Assembly (NCBI GenBank): GCA_965240325.2
Contig: OZ251242.1
Coordinates: forward strand, 806,001-870,000
From: Rebecca billardiae RCC1528
Lineage: Eukaryota > Protista > Haptophyta
Direction: 5' to 3'
DNA length: 64,000 nucleotides
Shown here: positions 54,590-64,000 of the stretch, one piece after another
Numbering within the stretch: position 1 is the stretch's first letter
Layout: each line of letters starts with the position of its first letter
Made by a program: the position numbers and the translations under genes
Notes under the pieces: generated by a model
The model's database searches: none
Told to the model about the DNA's origin: nothing
Seen by the model: only the letters and a program-made list of their open reading frames with translations

Positions 54590-56529
54590 ATGAAGCAGGC
54601 CGCGCTCACGCGCTGGTTTGGCCGGCCGCAGCAGGTGGCGCCGCCGAGCGAGCCGCAGCCGCCCTCACCCAAGCCCGCGCCATCGGCGCCCACGCCTTCG
54701 CGCCCGACCGAGCCGCGCGCGAGCGCTCCCAGCCCGCCCGCCGCCGACGGCCTGAGCGAGTATGAGAGACAGCGGCTGGCCAACATTGCGGCCAACAACG
54801 CGCTGCTCGCGCGGCTGGGCCTACTCGGGACGACCGGCACGAGCGCGCCGGCACCGCCACCAGCCAAGCGCGTGCGCCGCGCGCGTGACGCGGCGGCCCA
54901 GCCGACGCGCGTGCCAGCCGTCGAGCGCGCGACGCGCTCGCGCGCCCGCCGCGCTGAGGCTGCCGAGACCCCCAACTCTGCGCCGCGCGAAGAGGAGGGC
55001 GCGGAGGCGGAGGTGGCCGGCGAGGAGGCGGTGGCGTACGGCCCCTCCAACGTCGTGCTCTACGCTGCATCGCGCGCCGCACGCGGCGGCGCCGGCGCCT
55101 CCGTGTGCCTCCCGCGCTCCGCGCCGGAGCTCTTCTCAGCGTGTGCGCACCTGCGTGAGTGCCGCTCCGCCGGCCTGGCGCGAGCGTACGCGCTCGATCT
55201 GCGGGACCGGACGGAGGCGGGGTCGGTGCCGCTGCTCGCCGTGGGTGGCGAGAAGGGCGTCGTCGAGCTGTACGGCCCCGCACCCCCAGCCGAGCACGCT
55301 GACGCCGACGCCGACGCAGACGCCGGTGCTCCTGGCACGGCAGCCGTTTTGGAGGAGAATGAGAAGGCGCGCGGGGAGAGTCCGGAGACATGTCCGGGCG
55401 AGTCCGGGGCGGCGGACGCCCTGCTGTCGTTCGAGGCACACCGAGGCTGGGTGGGCGGCGTGCAGCTCCTCGAGCTCAGCGGGGCCACGGGCTGCGAGAT
55501 GGACGACGACGCGTGTGCCCACGCCGACACCGCAGCATTGCCCGCAGCGGGGTGCCTGCTGAGCGGAGCCAACGATGGCTGCCTCTGCCTGTGGGACCTT
55601 CAGCGCTCGGCGGCGCACAGCGGCGCGCCCAGGCTGATGGCGAGAGAGGCGCGCGCGCACGGCGGCAAGGTGCGCGCGCGCGAGTACGCGTGCCGGCCGG
55701 CCCACACTGTGCGCGTCGCGCGCTCCGCCCCTCGCGCGCGTGCGACTGCGCCGCGCCCTCACCTCCGCTCGCCCGCGCTCGCCTGCGCTTGTTCGCTTTT
55801 CTTTATTCATCGTAGGGCGTGTTTGCGCTGCATGCGGCGGGCACGGCCGTGCTGAGCGCGGGCAAGGATGGCGCAGTGGCGCTCAGCCGGATCACGCCGA
55901 CCGGGCTGCGCGTCGAGCGCTCGTGGGCCGAGCTGTGCGGCGGTGGCGTCGTCAAGACGTGCCGCTGGCGGCCGGATGGCGCGCCGACGGTGTTTGCCGC
56001 CGCGGGCCGGCACGGCGCGCTGTTCCTACTCGACGCGCGCGCGCCTGCGGGCGGCAGCTGCGGCGGCGCGGCGCCGACAGTCGCGGAGGCGCACCCGCGC
56101 GACGTGCACTGCGTGCGCTGGCAGCCCGCAGGCGCGAGCCCGGCGCTGCTGCTCAGCGCGGGGTACGACCCAGTGGTCCGTCTCTGGGACACGCGCCGAG
56201 CGGCCGCGCCTGTCGCGGAGCTGAGCGGGCACGTGGCGCCGGGCGTGTTGCGTCAGAAGAAGATCCACCAGCCTGAATTCTGCGCGCCGGGCGGGCGGCT
56301 GGTCGCCGCGTCGGGCGAGGGCGTCGGTGCCATCACGCTCTTCTGCGCGGCCTCGGGCACGGCGCTGGGGCGCAGCGACCTGGGCGCTGAGCCGAGCGCG
56401 ATCGCGGCATCAAGCTGCGGCGACGCCGGCTCGCGCGTCGCTGTCGCGTGCGGCCGGCGCGTGGTGCTGTACCACGCGCGCGCGCCGGCGGTGTCTCCTG
56501 ACGACGAGGCCGTGATGCGGCGCTCGTGA
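54590..56529 (+). CDS. WD40-repeat protein (WDR76/CMR1-like N-terminal motif); intron 55670-55815
   Basis: LSEYERQRLANIAANNALLARLGL; LSGANDGCLCLWD; LSAGYDPVVRLWDTR. Confidence 0.8.
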
Positions 56530-56813
56530 GCGGCCACGATGACAACGTGAAGCCGGTCAGTGTGGCTGGCTGTGTGCGCGGCCCGGGTCCGAACGCGATC
56601 GGTCGATCAGAACTACGCCAGAACGCGGCCGACACTCGACAGTCGCACAGCTCAGAGTCAGTCAGATGCCGCGGCCCCGGCCGGGGAGTGGTCTTTGAGT
56701 GATGTGACTTAGACTACTATGTACGCAGGTAGTGTCCAGTGACCGCCGCCGCATCAGTTCCTGGTTGCGACTGATGCCTGATGCCAGTGGTGGGGCTGAC
56801 AAAGTGACAAGAC

Positions 56814-56911
56814 GTGTATTTACACAAACAGACATGCCAGACTGCAAGTGCAACACACACGAGTGTATTTACACAAACAGACATGCCAGACTGCAAGTGC
56901 AACACACACGA
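56814..56911. repeat. 49-bp direct repeat x2 in a lower-GC intergenic stretch
   Basis: GTGTATTTACACAAACAGACATGCCAGACTGCAAGTGCAACACACACGA at 56814 and 56863. Confidence 0.9.
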
Positions 56912-57284
56912 CTGTATGCCACTCGTGCACACAGTCCCACATCGGTGCGTGTGTTTGTTATCTAGGGTGAGCGACCTTGGCAGTAGTGCAGCGCACAAGG
57001 TCACTCGATCAAGGGCGGCCAGCAAGCCAGACGCTCTTGCCCTTCTGAAAAATCTATGTGATTGTTGTCTCAAAGAGACGTATTACTAATCACAGTAATA
57101 AGAACAGATACTACACTTGATCATAGCCAAGAGGCCAGAGAAGGTGCCCGTCCCTGCTGCGCGACGGTGGTGGTCGCTGGCGCGCGCAGCGCGACGATTG
57201 TGGGTTGGGCGCGAATATTTGTCTCGAAGGCGGGCACGCGGCAGCACACGCCCGGTCGCGTGGTCGCCGCGGCAGCCGAGCATC

Positions 57285-60200
57285 ATGGCGGGTACGCACT
57301 GCACGGCGGCAAGTGCGCACACGCGCGCGGCCGTGCTCACGCCGCCGGCTCCCTCCGACCCCTCGCGCGGTGCGTGTGCGCGCGCAGCGCCGCGCAAGTC
57401 GAAGGCGACCAAAAAGTTCGCGCCCAAGCTCGGCGCCGCGATCGCCAAGCGGCGCGAGGGCAAACAGGTCGCGCGCTCAAAGCAAGCGCGCGACGCGGCG
57501 CGCACGGCGCCCGAGCCGGAGCCGCCGTCCGTCCTCGAGCGCCACGCGCGGCAGCAGGCAAGTCACAAGCCGGCCAGGTGCGTGCCCTGCCCGCCGCGCG
57601 CCGCGTCGCGCATCCGGCGCTCCGAAGCGTGCAAACACAACGGGCGTACTCGCGCGTGCGCGCGCGCGCGCCCGCACCCGCGCGGCACACGCACAGCGAT
57701 GAGCTGGCCGCGCTCTCGGTGGACGATTTTATGGAGAAGGGCTTCTTTCGCGCGCTGGAGGAGGCGTCGTCCGACGAGGAGGCCGACGACCTGCCGGAGG
57801 CGGACATGGACGGCGCATCGAGCGGCGAGGAGGAGGCGGAGGAGGAGGCGGAGGAGGAGGCGGAGGAGGAGGCGGAGGAGGAGGGCAGCGACTCCGAGGA
57901 CGGCGACGACGGCGCGTCCGACGACTCCGACGCCGACGCCGACGCTGATGCCGAGGAGCACCACCCGCGCGCGCCGGCCGCGCGCGCCGGCGGCCGCGGC
58001 CGCGGCCACCGCGCCGAGCTGGAGGCCCTCCGGACTTCCGACCCGGACTTCTACGCGTACCTGCGGGAGAATGACGCGTCGCTGCTCGATTTCGAGGAGG
58101 GCGGCGAGGAGGAGGAGGCCGAGAGCGAGGAGGAGGACGACGAGGCGGAGGACGGCGCGCGCGGCGCGTCGGCGCGGCAGCCGCGCGCGGCCGAGCCGCC
58201 CAACCGGCCTTCCTCCAATCAGGGGGCACCTCAGCCGCCGGCTGCGGAGCAGGTGGTGTCGCAGGAGCTGGTGGAGGGCTGGCGCGGCGAGCTCGAGCGC
58301 ACGCACTCGACGCGCGCGCTGCGGCAGCTGGTGGCTGCGTTCCGCGCTGCCGTGCGCGCGGGCGAGGCGGACGGCGGCGGCGGCGGCGCGAAGGGCGGCG
58401 CGAAGGGCGGCGGCGCGGCCGCGCGCGAGCGCGCAGCCGGCAGCCCATACGTCATTCTGAGCGCAGACGCGTTCAACGCGGTGGTGCAGCTGGCGTTCGC
58501 GCGCGTGCACCTGGCGTTGGCCCACCACCTGCTGCCGGCGGGCGGAGGGCGCGGCGCGGATGCGGCCGCGGCGGCCGCCGGCGCGGCCGCGGACGACGCG
58601 GCCGGCGGCGCAGCCCTCAGCCGGCGCGCGCGCGGGCTTGCGGGCGGCAAGCGCGCGCGCGAGGCCGCGGCGGCGGCGGCGGCGGCCGGCGCGGGCACCG
58701 AGGGCGGCGCGGGCGCTGCGGGCTCGGAGGTCGCCGAGCTCTCCCGCCGCGCCGCCGCCGCCGGCCGGCTGCCCGACCCGAGCGCGCACGCGCGCTGGGC
58801 GAAGCTCGGCCCCGTCGCCAAATCGTACGCGACGCATCTGCTGGCGTTGCTCGACGGCATGGCAGAGGGCGGGATGGTGATGGCGGCGCTCGCGCAGCTG
58901 CGCGCGCTGCTGCCGTTCGTCCGGCCGTTCCCCGCGCTGCGCAAGCGCGCGATCAAGGCGCTCCTCGCGCACTGGAGCGCCGCCGACTCGAGCGCCGCCG
59001 TCCGCCTCGGCGCCTTTGGCGTTCTGCTCGAGCTCGCGCGCCGGTTCCCGCCGCCGTGCCTCGAGCTGTGCCTCAAGGGTACCTATCTGGCGTTTGCGCG
59101 GAACTGCAAGGTGAGCGCGCGCCGCTCGCTGCCGCCGATCGTGCTCATGTCGCAGTGCGTGGTCGAGCTGTACGGGCTCGACATGGCGCTCTCGTACGAG
59201 CACGCGTACGTGTACCTCCGGCAGATTGGCGTCGCGGTGCGCAACGCGATCGCGGGCAAGAAGGCAGCCAAGGAGAAAGCGCACGCGTCGGTGTACAACT
59301 GGGCGGTGGTCAACTCGCTCCGGCTGTGGTCGGCTGTGCTCTGCGCGCACGCCGACCGGCCGGGCTCGCAGCTCCGGCTGCTCGCCTCGCCGCTCGTGCA
59401 GACCACGCTCGCGCTCGCGCGGCTCCTCCCGTCCGCGCGCTTCGTCCCGCTCCGCTTCCAGTGCTGCAAGCTGCTGCTCGAGCTGTCGCGCGGCCTCGGC
59501 CTATTCGTGCCACTAACTGCCGAGCTGATGGAAGTTCTCGAGAAGGCGGAGCTCGGGCGGCGGCCCAAGGCGCTGGCGGGGCGGCCGGTGGACTGGCGGT
59601 GCACGCTCAAGGTGGCGCGCTCCGCCGTGAACACGCGCGCGTTCCAGGACGGCATGGTCACGCGCATGCTCCTCCTTCTCACCGAGTGGCTTGCCCTGCA
59701 CTCCACTTCCATCGCCTTCCCCGAGCTCGGCGCGCCAATCTCGCACGATCTCGGCCGCGCGGCCAAGGCGGCTAAGGTGGTGCGCTTCGCGCGGCAGCTC
59801 AAGCACCTGAGCACGCAGGTGCGCGCTGCGCCGCGCGGCGGGATGCACGCCCGCCGGGCGCGCGCGGGGCCCGCCCGCGCGGAGGGCGCGGAGGGCGCGC
59901 GCCGCGCCGCGCCTCGATCGCCGACGGGCGCACCGCCGCGCGCGCTTACTCCGTCACGCCGCCGGTGCGCGCACGCGGGTCCACGCGCCTGCCGCCTGCG
60001 CCCTGCGCCGCGCCGCTGCGCCGCAGATCCAGCGCAACTCCGCGCTCGTGCTCGCCGAGCGGCGTGGCGTGGGCTTCGCGCCGCGTGACATGGACAAGTG
60101 CGTCGCGCTGGCGCGCCCGCCGCCCCCCCACTGCCCTGCCGGCCCGCGCGCCGTGCCGCAAGCCGCAAGCCGCGCGCGCGCCGCGCGCGAGGCGCGCTCA

Positions 60201-60610
60201 CGCGCCGCGCCGCGCGCGCGGCACCGCGCAGGGTGCTGGCCTTCGAGCGCGAGCTGGCGGCGAAGGGCGAGACGCCGATGCAGGCGCTGCTGCGCGAGGA
60301 GCAGCGCGCCGCCGACCAGTACGACAGCCAGTTCGCCGCCGAGGGCACGGCACCGGAGGAGGAGGAGGAGGAGGAGGAGGAGGCGGCGGAGGCGAAGCGC
60401 GCGCCGGGCCGCGCGCGCGCCAAGGCGGCGGCGGCGGGGAGGGATGCGGAGGACGCGGAGGAGGCGGAGGCGGAGGCGGAGGCGGTGGCGGCGTTCCCCA
60501 CGCCGAGCAAGCGCGCGCGCGCCGCCAAGCCCGAGCGGCGCGGCGGGGCGCGGGCGGCGCCCACCGCCGACGAGGTGAAGGACTTCGACGCGTCCGACTT
60601 TGGGCTCTGA
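57285..60610 (+). CDS. NOC2: Nucleolar complex protein 2 homologue; introns 57292-57387, 57578-57696, 59819-60026, 60098-60231
   Basis: KATKKF, SVDDFM, L...DPDFYAYLREND..LLDF, YEHAYVYLRQI, SVYNW, PLRFQC, SIAFPEL. Confidence 0.9.
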
Positions 60611-60809
60611 GGTGCTTACGAATCTGCGCCCCGGAGATTTCAGATTGATCGATGCGCGCACGCGCATGCAAAAATAATGTGCGGGCGCCGGGCGGCTGGT
60701 TCCGGTCATCCGGTTTCGAAACAGTCACCGGTGGTAGTTGAAACAGCCTTTTCGGCTCGGCCAGCGCGTCGCGCCCATCGATCGGATCATCGGCCTTTCC
60801 CCTCCAGCC

Positions 60810-61731
60810 ATGAGCGGCGGCGGCATGTACGAGACGGAGCACATGCGCGCGTACAGCCCGCCGCCGACGGCGCGCTCGCACGTGTACGTGCGGCCACGGC
60901 CTCCGCTCCACGCCGCCGACGACGCCGCGGCGCGCGCCAGCACGGCGCCGCGCGCGCTTGTGCCGGCGGCACCGCGCACAGCGCCGCACACGCGCCTGCC
61001 AGCCGCGCGCGCGCCCGCGGGCACGCCGAGCGCGGCGATGAGCTGGCGCGTGCTGCGCGACGCCGGGATCTCTCCCTCACTCACGCACGACGACTACCGC
61101 CCGCCGACCACCCGGCAGTCGCCGCGCGCCTTCTCGGGCGCGCCGCCCTACTCGACCTATGGCGATTCGCGACCAGGCACCGCCGCGGCCGTGGAGGGCT
61201 GGGAGGCGCGCCCGCCGGTGCCGTACGACACGTACGGGCTGAACGGCGCGTACATCAACGCCGACGCCAAAGCCGACCCGCACGCCGCCGCCGCCGCCGA
61301 CACTGCGCGCGCGCGCGCGTCGCATGACAAGGCCGTTGCGCGCGCGGGCTCGGCGGCACGCCTGCGCGGCGGCCGGCAGCGCGTGACGCCGACGCGGCTG
61401 CACGGCACGCTGGAGTACGCGCGCAACATGGGCGAGTGGCTCGACGCGTCCCTCGAGCGCGTCCGCCCGCCCGCGCTCGAGAACCGCTCGAGGAGCGCGC
61501 CGCCGCGCCGCCCTGCGGCCGAAGCGCCAGCCTACTCCGACGAGCCGCCGGCACAGCAAGAGCGCTCGGCGGCGGGCGTGCGCTGGCCCGTGGGCTGGGC
61601 GCCGGACTCGCCGCGCTCGGCGCGGCGGCCTGCGCCGTACGCGACCGACGCGGACGAGATGCCGAGCGCGTGGCCCACGAGCCCGCGCAGCCCGCGCCCG
61701 CGCGCGGTGCCACTTACTTACGGTGACGCGG

Positions 61732-61787
<56 letters not shown>

Positions 61788-63650
61788 TGGGCGACAGTTG
61801 AGGGCAGCGGCCCGGGCACTCGCACGCCGCCGCGCGGCGCGCACGCCGCCGCTGCGCCGGGGTCCGTGTTCGTCGAGCCGCGGCGCGCGGGCCTCGCCGG
61901 CGTGCGCGTCGACCCGTGGCACGCCGAGACCACCGCGCAGCTCGCGCGCCATTGGTCGGCCGATGACCCGACAGCGCCGGAGCCCGGGCGCGCGCACACG
62001 CCGCGGCACACGCCGAGATCGGAGCTCGAGTACGAGCTGCCCCGACGGCGGCGGCACTCGGGGCCGGAGGCGGGCATGCGGCCCGGCGAGGCGCTGGACA
62101 CGGCGGCGCGGCTCGGGCTGCGCGCGCCGGAGGACGACGCGTCGCCGCGCCGCGCCGCCCAAGCAGCGGCCATCGCCGACGCCGATCTTTACGCAGATCG
62201 GCGCAGCGGCCATGTTCGGCTGCAGGCTCGGAAGCGGGTGCCGGCGCCGGGCAGCGTGGAGCGCGGCGGGCCCGTGGCGCTGCCGCCGCCGCCCAGCGCG
62301 GGCGCCGGGGTGCGCTACGAGGAGCCCGTGCCCGCCGCGACGCCCGAGCGCCTCGTCCCTCGCTTTGACGAGGAGGCGCGATCGCTGCCCCGACCCCAGC
62401 CGGAGACGGCTGGGCCCTACGCTGCCGAGCGTGACACTTTGCCGCCGCCACAGCCGCAGCCGCAGCAGCTGCAGCAGCCGCAGGAGCAGCCGCACGAGCA
62501 GCAGCCGCAGCAGCAGCCGCAGCCGCAGCACTGGGACGCGCCTGGCGAGTTCTACGAGGAGGCGGGCTGGGCGCGTCCGCCACCGCCGCCGCTGCCGCCG
62601 CCGCCGCCGCCGCGCGCGCGCGCAGTCTCTCCGGCGCGCGAGCGTTCAATCTCGCCGCGAGATCGCGAGCTGCGCGCGTTCGGAGTCCGGTTCAAGGGGG
62701 AAGTCCGGGAGCCGGTGTCGCCGAGGGAGCCGGCGCTGCGCGGCGCGGTGTTCAAGGGGCGGCCGGCCGAGGCGGACGAGGCATGGCGCACCGCGGTGCA
62801 GCGCCCGCCCGAGCGCCCGCCGCCATCGCGCTACCAGCAGCTGCTGTCGCCCGGCAGCGGCGGCGCGCACCGTCACGCCGCCGACAACGTCGGCGGCGTC
62901 GGCGCTGGCGGCGGCGACGCGCTGGCGGGGTGGGCCGGGGTCGACGACGACTACGCCGGACTGACGTCGGAGGAGGTGCCGCGCGTCGCCTTCCCTCTTG
63001 GCTCCGACCCGCTCGCCGCGGGCAACGACGTCGTGCGCTACCGGTACTACTATGAGCACCCGGCGGCCGGCGCGACCAGCCCGCGGCGCGGCGGCCATGC
63101 GATGGCGGCGGAGGAGTGGCGAGGGAGCCCGCGCGCCGCGGGCGGCGTGAGCCCGCGGGGCGTCCGCGGCGGCGGCGGCGGAGATGGCGGCGGCGCGTGG
63201 ACACGCCAGTATGAGCAGCACTCCCAGTATGAACACCAGCAGCCGTCGCAGCAGCAGCAGCTGCGAGCCGCGTCGCCGCCGTGGCAGCGCGCCGCGTCGC
63301 CGCCGCCCGCGGTCGCGGTCACGCGCGCGTACACACCCTCGCCGCCGCACGCCGCCTCGCGCGAGCGCGGCGGCGGTGGGGGCTTCACGTATGCGTCGCC
63401 GCCGCCGCCAGCGAGCGCCGGCGGCCACGCCGCGCACGCGTCCGCCTCGGCCTCGGCCAGCCGGCTCGAGGCCGCGCGTGCGGCGTACAGGCACGCGGTG
63501 CGTGGCTCGCCGCGCGCCGCGGGCTCATCGGCGAGGCAGCCCGGCGGCCTCGGGCCCGGCGTGCGCGAGCACCAGCCGGGCGGCGGTCCCGCGTCCTCCC
63601 CATACAGGCTCGTGTGGAGCGACACCACGACCCCGAGCTATTGGCAGTAG
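60810..63650 (+). CDS. Hypothetical low-complexity Pro/Ala/Gly/Gln-rich protein
   Basis: About 946-aa ATG ORF followed by an AT-rich 3' region; many SPR motifs; (GGC)n at about 61733-61787. Confidence 0.6.
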
Positions 63651-64000
63651 TAGTAGCACACGCCCACAGGCGGCAGTAGTAGTAGTAGCACACGCCCACG
63701 GGCGGGGGTGCGTGCAGTTATTATTTATATATATTCATTTTCGATATAATCAGCTATAGCATCATCATCACTCATCGGCATGGCCCGCGGTGCACTCGGG
63801 GCGGCCAGCGCGCAGCAGCGTGGAGCCTGCCCGCGGCCCGGGGGCCCTGACACTACGTTCATTAGTACGTACGTAGTCAAAAAGCGCCGAGATCGGAGGC
63901 GGATATTAATTACATTATTATTATTATTATTATATGACCGCGTTCCGCGGTCCTTTTCCGTAGAACGAACGAATAGTTCAGGGCCCGCGGTGGCGGTGCA

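Overview
Eukaryotic, very GC-rich, gene-dense sequence with short (CG)n-rich spliceosomal introns. The style fits a haptophyte-like alga, but that is inference. Bases 1-18990 are a head-to-tail array of at least 8 intact, intronless ~610-aa paralogues with RING-like + F-box-like + RCC1-propeller architecture. The copies are nearly identical except at about 11 short loop positions that are hypervariable and reshuffled between copies; one loop has 8 different tetrapeptides in 8 copies. This is the best candidate for an undescribed system: a diversifying ubiquitin-ligase receptor repertoire. Seven of the eight spacers carry an insertion or scar in the same ~35-bp AT-rich site. These include a tandem rolling-circle-like element with covarying hairpin repeats, a 794-bp insert, a 54-bp MITE and mariner-like ends. 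Bases 20400-63650 hold mostly single-copy genes, many in tight divergent pairs: SLC4-family transporter, M32 carboxypeptidase, SURP protein, kinase-like protein, calmodulin-like protein, allantoinase, CRAL-TRIO, UBA2, an odd hybrid histidine-kinase-like protein with a seemingly permuted receiver domain, NDK-like protein, CNBD ion channel, sulfotransferase, GT31, WD40 protein, NOC2 and hypotheticals. All calls come from motif recognition by eye; no searches were run, and boundaries may be off by a few bases.
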